A stretch of 64,000 nucleotides of DNA, taken from Ruditapes philippinarum. Lineage: Eukaryota. The position numbers and the translations under genes are program-made. The notes beneath the pieces were generated by a model. That model was not told where the DNA came from and did not search any database. It saw only the letters and a list, made by a program, of their open reading frames with translations. This document shows, in pieces, positions 13,251 through 26,100 of the stretch (the first letter of the stretch is position 1; each line of letters starts with the position of its first letter). Where the stretch lies: NCBI RefSeq assembly GCF_026571515.1, contig NW_026864328.1, forward strand, positions 1-64,000, written 5' to 3'.

Positions 13251-15457
13251 AAAAAAATCAAGGCTCTTGGCATATATAAGAAAGCATAAAGAACAATGAA
13301 TTTATAACAAGTTCATACAATTTGACAGTTTAACTTCTTCTATATATGGACACCACCAAACTTTAACCGTGACGTTATTTTATGTGAATCATTTTTATAT
13401 TAATGAAGCACCTGCACCTTTGCACTTTTAAGGATAAATGGCGACTTTCAAGCTTTACTTGTGAAGCCCCCCCCCCCCCCACCCCAATTGTGCAGATTTC
13501 AGGGATGGTAATATTTAGATAATGAAGAAAACACATTTACAAGAAATTTTGCAAGTGTATTATAATTATGCAGTACACAATGTGGGAATTGTGAAAAGTG
13601 CAGAGACTGCAAATCAAACTACTTGTATTCACTATATAGCTCAAAACTGTTTACATATGAATCTAGAAAATTAACTGATGTCACGTGACATAAAACTACG
13701 TTCCAATTATGATTGTACACGTTTGAAATTTTTATACAAGCCGACATACTGTCTAAATACAGAGAGGGATGCCGTTGCATGTTTACTGTCAACATATTTA
13801 TATTATTAACATACGGCCTCTTAATAACCATAACGTTTATTAACAAGCTACAATTATACTATACTGTAACAATTGGCAAAACGTTTGTACGGTATTCCAT
13901 ATTGATTACTTTGTGTTGCTTCCGCTCCTTAAGTTCATCATTTATTTTACACAGAGCAGCAGATATTAACCCGTAGATACGTGCATACCTAATGTATCAT
14001 GAAGTTTTTAATATGTCATTTTTGTACCATTTTATAAAAAAATTGATGTTTTCCCTTTAAAATGAACAGGTGTGCCACCATGAGAACACAATCGATAAAA
14101 CTGAATGAAAAATATTTATAAAACTCTTTAACGCCAAGTCATAAACCATGCGCTTGTACAAGATATAGTGGTTTCAATGGCGGACATACACGCTTAACTG
14201 ATGAACAATACATTGTATGCCCTTTGCACGTTTGTTCATTAATCTTGCTTTTGTCGCGCGACAGTAAAAATACAAAATAAAATTCAAGTGCATGGCATCT
14301 TAGCTAAATCATATTAAATGTCTTGATAGAACAGGTAAACATGCATTTTGAAAGGCAATCACGTAGTATAAACATTTTTCTTGTGAACGTTAACCAATTA
14401 ACAATTATCTTACTTATCTTGTTGACTTGTAATTAATGTTTAAATGTCATTCCTCTGGAGATAGGTGTCTAAATGAACATGACTTGATAATAATCTATAT
14501 AGGTTTTTGATTTGTTCTATTCATGTGAAAAACATTTGCATGACAGTTACACGGTCAGTTTCACCGAGTATGTTCATGGATTTCATACCTCATATATTTA
14601 TTTAGATTTGCTCAGACAAATATTAAGTATTATAAAAAGCACAAAAGACTAAAACTCAGAAATATGCAAAAGATAATGTAAAATGATTGTTAATAAACGA
14701 TGTCCTTTTTAAACAATGAGTCTGTCCATGACGTTTAAGTGTAACAATTCTGCTTCTACAACGATATGGCTTTTTGGTCATGTGTGCACTTGTCCCGAAA
14801 ATGCATTAACAGGTTTCCTTATATATGATATGATTATACGAAAATATCAAAGCTGCAAATATATAATAAGATTACAAATAAATCCCTGTGTTATAAACTA
14901 AACAAAAGTCAAAGAAAAACAGTGTCAAACAGTGAAACATATTGACTTGCAGGTAGTTTAAAATTATTCATATATCATTGATACAATGTTTCCTTATCAC
15001 TTAACATTTTCATCTTTTACTCAATATGATTGAAAGTACCTTCAAATTACAATTTATTTTTTTGCAAATAACAAAAAATGAAAGAAATACACACCTTCAA
15101 CATATTATCCAACTTTTAGACAAGCAACCGACTTCTACCTATCGGAACAACTTCACGAGTATTCATTCTAATAATAAAATCTTAATATGACGTAATATGG
15201 ATTGAAAGCATTTCAACTACGTTGTTTTAGATGTAAACAAAAACAGGGGGAGGGGTGTAATTTTGCATTATGTATAACGAACGTACATATCCAACATCTA
15301 AAGGAAAATAAACTTAATCTTTAAAGTTTATCTTTTTCGTCACATAGCACTAAATAAAGAAACAATTTTACAGTTACAGTTGAAAAAAGAACCAGAGTTG
15401 TCGTATTTTCTGACAACTGTAAAGTGTTAACATCTTGATGACGTTGTTACAGACGAA

Positions 15458-15616
15458 ATGGGAACATGTGTCAGCAAGCGGGGTCAATCAAACGTCACTG
15501 TCCGCCAACGACTGTTTAATTTGGCCACATTAGTTATGTTAGCTTTGATCAGGGACATTAGGAAATTGGTAAAATTGGTATTTACACGTAGTAGCGGTGA
15601 CTCTAACATCAGTTGA
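15458..15616 (+). CDS. Hypothetical 52-aa small ORF MGTCVSKRGQSNVTVRQRLFNLATLVMLALIRDIRKLVKLVFTRSSGDSNIS
   Basis: Hand-translated. GAAATGG start context, acceptor-like ttacag just upstream, MGxCxSK dual-acylation-like N-terminus. No homology recognised; not conserved in the right arm. Confidence 0.2.
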   Translation: MGTCVSKRGQSNVTVRQRLFNLATLVMLALIRDIRKLVKLVFTRSSGDSNIS

Positions 15617-15743
15617 CGTCAGGGTCGTGATATTGTTTTTAATATAAGTGACTCATTTTACTTGACATTCATTTTATTCCACGGAAGAACAAAAAATTTA
15701 CTACTGTTAGTACACCTTCAACGGCGCAGGTGTCTATGTGAGT
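15614..15743 (+). promoter_or_regulatory. Candidate Pol II core promoter plus short non-coding first exon
   Basis: CRE TGACGTCA at 15614-15621; TATAA at 15643-15647; AP-1 TGACTCA at 15649-15655; Inr-like TCATT at 15669-15673 (about 28 bp from TATA); donor GTGAGT at 15738-15743. Motif evidence only. Confidence 0.4.
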
Positions 15744-16026
15744 GTTTTTTTTCTTATACCGTGACGTGTATGAATTAGCAATGTGAATTTTCTTTAAATT
15801 AAATTATTTAAGAATTACTAAAACAGTCTTTATTTTTGCAGCCCAAATAAGATAAGGCAAAATTATATATTTTTGTTGACTGGACATACACACTAAAATA
15901 TGAATACATTTACGTGCATAGTTCGCGAAAATTATAAAAGACGTTTCAGGTTGTTACTTTTGAATCTTTTGATATCATTGTCATATCTCGTCTTCTCTGA
16001 GAATGAATGATTAGTATTTACACATG

Positions 16027-16785
16027 TAATATGAAAAAGGCAAAGCCTCAAAGCGAGCTCGATGTACTTGTATGAAAGCTCATTTTTATTTCAAATGCAG
16101 TGACGAGTGCGTGTGTCGTCACACGTACTGTGTTAAATATGGCCCCGCCTCTGTCGTGAAATGAATAACGAGTTTTGAAAACGTTGATAAAACTTTGTTT
16201 ATTTTATTTCATTCTATAATTTTTCAAGCGAAATATAGATTATTTCAAGTGAAATAAATGTAAAACTAAACACGTTTGCGACATTAAAATAGTGTACTTG
16301 ATTTGTTTGTTTTGCACGTGCTGTTTGGCGCTACGTTGTGACGTCACGTAAACAATACTTTAAACGTCTGTACAGCGTTAACGACTGAATAAAAGATATT
16401 GGTGTTCGGATTAATTTTCTTAGTTAGACCATTTTCTTTCATTCTAGATAGTTTTCACAACAAAATTTGACAAAAAAATTGTTTTTATTTATCAGATTTT
16501 TCAAACAAAATGGCGCCTTCGATTTTCATTTTTTATACACAGCTTCCGTTATTCTGGTTCCTTGTCCAATTATGGTTCCCATAGACGTGCGCGGGTGACC
16601 AGTCTACACATCCGTTTTCAGTCAGAATTCCTCAGTTTTTATCGTTATCTTTAAATTCGAAAGGTTGCGATGTGTCAAATTCGTAACTTTGGACGAAAGT
16701 TTTCAAAACCATCACTTAGCAGGTACTCGCGTTACGTAAAGCTCGCTTTGCGAGCAGCCTTCGGGCCAGCTCGTCGAGCTCGCTA
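16027..16785. mobile_element. Non-autonomous insertion with asymmetric subterminal inverted repeat and GC-rich terminal hairpins (Helentron/Crypton-like; family unresolved)
   Basis: Absent from the right arm (empty site ~45495-45510). agcgagctcga (16052-16062) is inverted relative to tcgagctcgct (16774-16784). Hairpin gctcgc-ttt-gcgagc at 16741-16755. CpG-rich; possible TAA/TA duplication. Confidence 0.75.
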
Positions 16786-17831
16786 TAAGAAAAGTATACT
16801 ATAAAATATAAAATAACCTTATTTTTAAATGTGACCTATGGCAAAACATGTTTGCACACTATTCTGACTTTTGATAATATTTTTTAAGAGGCTATTGATC
16901 CATTTACTCTATTTGGTCTGGAAAGAAAATTGTATATTGATAATTTGATATAAATAATAAAGATGAAATAAAAAGCTTATTCATTATTGTTACGCTATTG
17001 ATCGGTTTTTGTCTGACATTAAAGAACAAAAATGAATTATCGCTTACATGGCATCCCCCGAAATCCAATAGAATAACACATAAAATTTTAAAATCTATCA
17101 TTATCAACTCGATGCATTTTAAAGATAGGATACGAAAAAAATATAATACAGAAACATGCTAATGAATTAATTAAAAATAAAAAAATATTTAGGGCAATTG
17201 GAGTTGAAGGTGTTTGTAACGCGTTTTTCAATTTAAGGCAATTTTTTCCACAATTAAGGTGATTTTAGTTGAAAAAATTCACACAAAATATTACTCCAGT
17301 CATGTCACTCATCCTCTTATCCTTACGTTAACTACATTTACAGACCTAAAGATTATCGTGGTTGCACACCTTTGGTTGAAATTAATTGACGATGAATGAC
17401 TTAGAAGAATGAGTCAGCGATAGCGGCAATGATATCAATATGATTGATTGATACAACGGCCAGAATATGATGTTCAATGGCACATTAAGATTTGTATCTA
17501 CACTAAAAAATGCGTTTCCAGTTATTTGAACACTTTTATATTGTCCAAAATTATTTCTGCAGCGATAACACAAATAAAATATTAAGATCCGAATACCAAC
17601 TCCAACTTTGTGTCATCTATAGCATGTTATTAAATTGAAAACAAAAAAAATAACATAGCATGATAGAGTTAACCGCATGATTTTGCTTCTGTCAGGCTCA
17701 TCCATTATAAAGTTAATTGCAATACTAAGGTTACATTGGGTAACATTTACAATTTACACGTTTTTACGTAGCATGGCTACCATTTTAATGCGACATGTAT
17801 ATTACAAAGTCATACAAATGTTCATTGTTGA

Positions 17832-17911
17832 TTTTCTATTGTCATCAATTGTTAAAAGTGACTGTTCTTGTTTTTCTATTGTCATCAATTGTTAAAAGTG
17901 ACTGTTCTTGT
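17832..17911 (+). repeat. Perfect 40-bp tandem duplication
   Basis: ttttctattgtcatcaattgttaaaagtgactgttcttgt occurs twice in tandem. Confidence 0.92.
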
Positions 17912-19747
17912 TTTTCCAAGTCATCAGTAGTACAGAATGATCTACGAAATATCGTGATCTCTTGATATTACACAAGATATATTGTCAAGGAAAGGACTGA
18001 TTTTTTAAAGTTTTACTTGCTTTCTACTTAACTTAATTATTACAGGTAACTGATCTTGCTTTTCTCTCATCAGTAGTACACACTGATCTATGAAATATTG
18101 TGTTCTAATAAGAGGTAATGAGCACAGATTTTTCTTTTGATATCTTGAAATTTGGAATGTTTTCAAAAGTGCATTAGTCTTCCTGGAAATAATCGTTCAT
18201 ACCATTTTCCACAATTCCATATAAGATAAGAACAACCGTAATTTGCCTTGAAAGTTAATCCTGTATAAAATTTAAAAAGAAAAGAAGTGCGAAACGTATT
18301 TTATAGGTCAGTTTTTGTCTAGCATGACTGACTTGGATTTTTAGGAAAACATGAAACAAAGGTATATGGAATACAAATCTTGTTTTTCAAATTCACTAGT
18401 TATGTATAACAAACAGAATATTAAGACATTAGGTTTTAAGAATCTACACATACCAATGTTCAGAACCTGAATCATACTATTTCTTAAGGGGGTGCTTTTA
18501 GTTACTGAGGCATCATAAATGCAGTCACCGTTTATTCCTGTGCTATCTTAAGAGGCGACTAAATGGCTTCGAATTTCTGGAGTTTCTGCATTTTTTTGCT
18601 TCCGCAGACGAGGTTCTGACCCCTGGTGTTGCTTTAAGTTTATAACACCCGAGGTTAACCGAAATCATGTTTTCTTGTTTCGGCGCCATATAACATTAAT
18701 TGTATTGAATAAAAGGCATCCAATCGAAACGGTTTGCTCGTTTAAACGGCATATCATTTAAACAAGAATGGAACAACATTTCAATCTTGGATAACGCTTT
18801 TAACGTGTTTAATATTGATGTTCTGGTACATTAAGATGTGTATCTGTAAAGCAATGACATGCATTATACGCTGCATTATACACTGTACAATTGATGCTGA
18901 TGTGCTGCTAGAAAACCATTGTAACCAAATAACTATTAATTTGCTGACATACGGTGAAGAACCATCTTAATGGCTTAATATCGTATTTCTGGAACGACCA
19001 TAGTCATTGAGAAATGAAGTCAATGCTCAAGATATGAATCAAATACCTTCCGAATAGGCTTTTATGTTGTATAAAAACTAACTCATTTTTCAGACAGACA
19101 TTGCAATAGCAATCGCATCCGCCGCACAACACAATTCACATACAGAAAAACAGAAAAGAAAAACAGGAACGTATTATTAAGTAAACTTTACAAAAACAAA
19201 ATAAAAAATAAACGCCAAAAAAGCATAAAAGATGTTGAGGTCTCGGTTTGATTGTTCAGTTCCCCTAAACATGCCAATGCATAATTTTAAAACTACGGAT
19301 CATCCACAGACTGTCAATGTGAGATTAGAGAATTTTTATTTTGAAAAGTGTGTTGACGTTAAATAAATCAGCACAGATAAATATGAAACTAATCCAGAAA
19401 ATATATTGGAGGGAAGGGATGTCTTATTATTATTTATTGCGATTGGATAACTATTTTTATAAATGAAACGCAAATCATTTTTAAGCAAACATCATCTCAA
19501 TTATACATTGTTCCTATAGCAAAATATATATGTGTTAGTTATATTTGCAATACAATCGCTTGAGTTTAAGAGGCCATTGATCCATTTGCTCAATTTTGTC
19601 TTGTAGCAAGTATACTACTTATATTGATATAGATTATGACGACAAAATAAGAAAAGAAATCCCATCATCATACACTATTGATCTGTTACCGTCTGGTATC
19701 GCGGTACTCAAAGAGAAATAAACCATTTCTCAAGATCATTTAGTTTT

Positions 19748-19947
19748 TCATTGTCGGTTTCTATTATTTCCTGTTATATAATATTATAGTAATCACCCAG
19801 TCCGTGGTTTGCCTTGTCCTCCATCCTGTTTTTCTTGGGTCCTGCTGGAATCCTTGTCAGTGGTCATGATTTGCTGGGTCGTTTGGGGGTTGAGTCGTTC
19901 AGTGAACACCGCACTTCCTTGTTGATCTTGTTTTTCATATTTCATAT
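19748..19947. mobile_element. ~200-bp dispersed-repeat fragment inserted in the left arm
   Basis: The right arm joins the two flanks directly (ttccatatttag|aaaactaaatgg, ~43172). The part at 19881-19945 is homologous to the shorter insertions at 26007-26082 and 35691-35767. Confidence 0.65.
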
Positions 19948-22900
19948 TCTAAATTTGGAAAATAAAATTTTGGAAAATGTAAGATAATGTTTGTTTAATC
20001 GGGTAAAAAACCAAGCAGGTGTAAAATGGCATGATTGTAAAAAAAAACATAAAATGCCTATAAAAGTGCATCACAGATCTGTTGGATAATACCGATTTCT
20101 GTCGAAAACGCTATACTTATACCAACAAGAAAACGAAATAAAAAATGATGCACAGGAGTTTTATGTCACTTTGTATAACAGACAGATAAACAAGTAAACA
20201 TATCCTTGAGTAGGGTTTAAACATCTGCATGGATAAATGTAGATCTTAAAGCTATTATTAAACATAGAATTATATTCAAATGCTATGCTTTGTTTATTAA
20301 CTTGATTATTCAGCAAATCCTCATTTAATTGAATAACTCTGCTTTTAATGCAGACCCCAACTATAGATTTTAAAGAGGACACATGTTTCAACACACTATA
20401 AATGCATGTGTCTATTGAACATTTCAACTTACAGGCAGGATTTAAGAAAAACCGTAAAGGTAAATGCTTATTTACATTTGCACCTGTTTGTCTTAATAAA
20501 TACGTACTGTTGCACCAAACGCTCTCTTATTTATTAAGATGCTGAAGATTCTAAGCTAGAAGGAATCAAGTATTTTCTTCTCACAATATTATCGCCTAAA
20601 TTTTAGAAAAAAATGACGTCCTCTTTGAACGGTGATTAAATTAACGTTAATACATATGTAATAAGGATAATAGTACATACATTGAAGGTATCCCTCAAAA
20701 CAAGAAGAAATGTATTAAAGATAAATAAATTGAAAATGATGAAAAGTGTGTGAGTTTGGATTGCCTTAGTTAACATGAATGATTTAATACATGATGTAAT
20801 GTTTAAAAGGAGCTGTTATTCAAGTTACTAGTAATAATTGTATGCGTCTGCAGTGAAGGTAAATAGGTGACCCGTCGAAGGCATTAATTGCAAATAACAA
20901 GAAAACTGTTGACTCGGTTTGATTGAATCTGTACATGAGGGATAATAAAAATGTGCACCCTCCCTCACTCCGCTTAGCATCGGCTTAAGCGGAACTGAAG
21001 AGCGGTACTCAAATTTTCAAAACTTAAATTGTTGAAAGTAATGATTGTTAAGTTGCCATAACATAACATATACCATAATTCAATGTATGTCTTCGTTCGT
21101 GGAAACACACACTTGTTTAAACCACCTTAAAATTAGATTTCTGGTACAACACTAGATCATGAATGGTACAACGTGCGTGCGAATTTGATTTATTTTAATT
21201 GATAAACAATCAATGATATTATCAATTGTTCGCTTAGTTGCAAGTTATTGTGTTTCACAATTATCATTAATCAACTTTCCATGAGAATGTTTTCATAAGT
21301 ACGTGTCAGGAAGGAAATATTATTTAAAAAACGCGTGTCAAAATAGCTCTTACAAAAGTGACATGGTCTATCGTCATAATAGTCAAAAGCGAGAAAGACA
21401 AACGTGTATTTCAGTTCATCTCGTAATGGAATTATTACAATGTGTCTTTCTTGATGACGCCATGTAAAAAAAACCTCAGTGCAATATATCTGAAAGGAAA
21501 GCTATTATTTGCATGAATTACTTGCCTATTTGCGTATCAATTTGTCACAAAAATTAAGATTTGTGTCTTCAAATCATTCCCGGCAGAATGATCAAAGTGT
21601 TGCATAATTTATGATACACGTATAACATATTGTTAATTTGATTGATAACCGTAATAAATAACATTAGGACAATTCCAGTAATGGTTGCATTTTAATTGCA
21701 CACTGACGCATTATACTAAATTAATGTTTGTGATGTACGGATCAAGTGTGTTTTATAGCCATTCTGAAATAGAAACACGGATATAGTCACGGTATCAATA
21801 CCAAATGTCAAAATACAAAGTGATACAAATTATGTTGCATTTTAACTAGACAACAGACAGATAAATTCAATACTTCAAATACGTTTGAATTTATTTTATA
21901 TTGTATGTAGTCCTACTAAGACAGTACAGAAAACGGATTCGTTCATGCCATTGAATTACAAATGTCAACAGAAATTTATGTGTTTACATGTACACAAATA
22001 TATTCTTTTACGAGAAATAACTATTATGTAAGGTAATATTTACTCACTGTATCTAACAATATACTAAAAAACTTGGCAAAGATCATGAACAAATTAGTCC
22101 TGTTTGGTTTGATTGAACACGTGAAGCAAATCAGCGCAATTATGTTTCATACAAGAAACTACAAAGTGACTCACTTTGTTATAATGATATTGACTGGAAC
22201 ACACACAATTCCAATCCGACTGCAGAATGTCATAAAACAATTTCATCCTTAAAAAGTAATTAAATTAATGTTATTACAATTTCTACATTTCATCATTTAT
22301 AATCGTAATGAAATGAAGAAACTACGTAACTGTTACACCGTAACAACACGTACAAAAGTTCAATTAATGTATCTATTCTAGAATGGATGCATTGTACTTG
22401 GTTATTTAGCTTTAATATTTTTACCTATTTTTTACGAATATATGTTATGAACTAAATAATTTTTTTATAATTAAAATAAAAAAAGCACAGGAAAGACATT
22501 GTTTACAGTGGTTGCAAAAACATTTAATATAAAACACTTGCGAACAATATACGATGATGTTTTTTCGATTAAAATCACATTTTATATATAAATTAAATTA
22601 TTGTAATAGGATATCATTCATGAAGGTTTTATTACATTAAAAAATCAAAAACTCATTTTCTAATTGATTAATATGCTTGACACCCAGTAGGGCACCGAAA
22701 TAACGGGAAAATAGAAAGCAAAAACAAATGTCAAGAAAATGAAGTTTGGTTGTTCAAAGAACAATTTTTCACTGCTTGTATATGTTTTCCCGTTAACACA
22801 AATATAGTTCGTTATGCTGCAGTGCATTTTGTTGTATATCGTTGTATGGATAGTTCGGCAAACAGATTCCGGTGTCTGATTGTCGATCATTTATTATATT

Positions 22901-22966
22901 AAAAGAGGTAATTATGTAAATTTCGTCGGCATACAATATTAATTAAAAAGATATTACTAACTGTCT

Positions 22967-23194
22967 TATGAATATAACTAATCGGAACCTTATAAATCAT
23001 GATTATATTTTTATCTAATTATTATATATTCCATTATCAAATTAGGTCAACAAATTAATTTGAGTAACAGAAATGTACAGTATGAATATAACTAATCGGA
23101 ACCTTATAAATCATGCTTATATTTTTATCTATTTAATATATATTCCATTATCAATTTAGGTCAACAAATAAATTTGAGTAAAAGAAATGTACAG
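22967..23194 (+). repeat. Local tandem duplication, 2 x ~114 bp
   Basis: tatgaatataactaatcggaaccttataaatcatg...agaaatgtacag starts at 22967 and again at 23081. Single copy in paralogs A, B and C. Confidence 0.92.
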
Positions 23195-26100
23195 TAACAA
23201 GCATTACTACAGCTCCAAACTGTCATGGATAACGTGTTTGAAAACAATGAAACGCTACATCATATAGCATTTAATACTACAAAAAAATATAAAACTCATT
23301 TTTTATACATTTAAATTGATACTTGTATCATCTGCATTATTTAATTTAACAACAATGAATAGAAAAAAATACACTTTATGTTTATCACCATACGTTTCTC
23401 CATTTCAGATTATGATATAGTCATATTTTAGCACAACAATCCTGTCCGTTTCCGTTGTTTTTTTTATTATAGTAAACTTAATGTTACTTCGTGCTTAAAG
23501 CAAATTGAATTTTGTAATACAAGATAATATAGTCTACAGAGTAGACATTTGTCTGGATGTTTCTACGAGGAAGACGGGTGCAATTACAAAACAATAGGAT
23601 TACTTGTAGATCAACGAAATATTAACTTGATACTTGAAAATAAATTAATGCAAACTATAGTTTTGTAATAAATATGTGATATAAATATAATAAGATATAT
23701 GTAACGCCCGCGATATGTCTTACTAGAACGCTCTATTAAAACATACTAACTAAAACATGTTAGCAACTAAAACAGTACTGATAAGCTATTTGAGAAATTA
23801 TTACATGATTGTTTGATATATCATATTATGTATGGTTCACTGTCCAGTGTTTGTACAATATGAAGTTTTTGCTGTTCGGTGAACTGCAATACAATCACAT
23901 TTACCTTGTTATTTAAAATCGCAGACGTCCATTCCATTTTTTATGTTGTTGTTGCTGTTTGGCTACTGTTAAATGACTATTTATTGCTATGTTCATACAT
24001 TGTTTAAGTATGTTTCTATAGTTCTTCATTTAAATTTGAGTTTATAACACCGTGGAAATAGGGATACATTTTTGTCTCCACATTTTTGCTTCATTTTTAT
24101 GTTGATAATTTTGCCTTAGTATTGTATATTCGGTTGTTGTTCTGATTTGATGTTTTAATATTTTGCCATACTTGTCTTGCATTTTATAGAAAATGTCATT
24201 CGCTGCTTTTGAGATAATATTTTCGTCACCGACATATGTACAAGAATCAAATTAATATATAATATAAAAGACCTTGTATATTAGTTTCTTTAGTGGTAAG
24301 TTCCATTTTGCCTTATTTTTTCTAATTTTGCAAAACATCATTGGTAAAGCAAGCGTCTGATTAGTTATTGCTTTCGTTGGCTTAGTCTTATATAATCATA
24401 TCATAAGTACATGCAGAAGTCTAAGAAAACATTGAACCTACATCATCCATATAACTACATTTCAGATATTGTTAGAGATTTAATGCAATCTCATAAAATA
24501 GTTTCGAGCGTAATAAGCTTGTTGAACAGACAAACTATTGCCAATTGTTGATATAAGTATTAATTAACACAGTAATAGTTTGTGCGGAAACCATATTGTG
24601 TTTTGTAACACCAGACAAAAATGTATTAAAAATAGTCTGATTTTATAATAGAAAAACAGGTGCAGCAGGAAAACAATTAAAGCGTTGGAGGTGTTAGCGA
24701 AAGCAAATGAAAGTGTAAATAGTCATAACTTTCTTATTTTAAAGAAGCAGAAAAGAATATTTTTGTGATTTTATTCAAACATAGCATGGGCATAAATGAA
24801 AGTTAAATCAAATGCTGCACATAGAAAAGACAACATTGTGTCGAATGACATTAATGTAAGATGAAATTATAAATAGAAATAGTACTATAATAAAGGCGTG
24901 ATTAAAGTTACCGACCATAATTGGTGTGGAAAAATTCATTGTTCAAAACATTTAGGTTATAGGTTGTGAAAATGTTATGACGAAAATAAAACAATTTACG
25001 ACTTCTATAAATATATTAATTTTCATTTTGCATATAAAAGTTGAATTGTAGGAGCAACTGGGTAATCACTTCAAGGTTCATTCAATGAGTTCTCAAGAAA
25101 TTGGTTTTGAATGCACGTTTGATGGAATTTGTCTTTTATTTGTCTTTATAGCTATAGCAAATTACCGCAGCATAGTTTGCTTAAGTTATTAGGAAACGAA
25201 CTTATATGAAGTTGTTTAACTTCATGAAACATTCACGTAAATGGCATTTTCTCTATAATTATAAAGTACACAACATAGTTGCCTGTACTTTGATTAAATT
25301 TTCAAACAATTACGTAAGTTTCTTATGTAAAAATGTGAAGGAGTTAACAGAAAAAATGATAGGCAAAATTACACAAAAGAAAGAAAAAGAAAAGAAAACA
25401 AAGAATTATAAGTCCATATGAGTGCTCATTTCATTTGGATTTAGAAAAACTCGGCAAAAATTCTCTTTCTTAATTCGTATTTGTTTGGTGTCCAGTCTTG
25501 TTATACAGATAGAAAAAACACAAATTAACCTCTTGGTCGGAGGTTTGACACATTTGTTTCGGGCGATCTGTTTGAAACGGAACTGATATAATATTTTCCA
25601 GATTTCTTTTACCATAATAATCAGTTACCTTTCTTAAAACACATAATCCTACCATAACCGTAAACAACCAAAATAGAAAATTAAATTAACATGGTTGCTA
25701 TTGTTTAACACAGATCTGGCAAAATGTATTCCGTCAGTGCATTCTACTGAAAGATCTACTACTTCAGAAATAATTTAATAAAATAATTATTGCAAGTATT
25801 TATTTTAAATACCTTCGAAATTGCATAGCAAATATTGTTGAAAAGATCTAAAGATTTTTATGCACTTACTACTATACTGAAACGATTTGATGTACACTTT
25901 TAATTTTTAAAACCTTGCTGACCTTGTATTTCTTTAAGATGAAATGGTATGTTTTAGGTTTTAAACAACACGGCGTCTTTCTAAGAAAAGGTAACCTACG
26001 GCTTTGTTGCTGGGTCGTGTGGGGTTGCGTGCATTTAGCACCGCCTTACCTTATTGATTTTGTTTATCATATGTTTTGATATATTTAACGTCTTACTGGG

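Noticed and set aside
14071-14121. Perfect Kozak GCCACCATG after an AG
   Set aside because: The ORF is only 13 codons and the context is not conserved in the right arm.
19793-19948. Minus-strand exon-like open frame (MKYEKQDQQGSAVF...)
   Set aside because: It lies within an arm-specific insertion that is homologous to other dispersed fragments.
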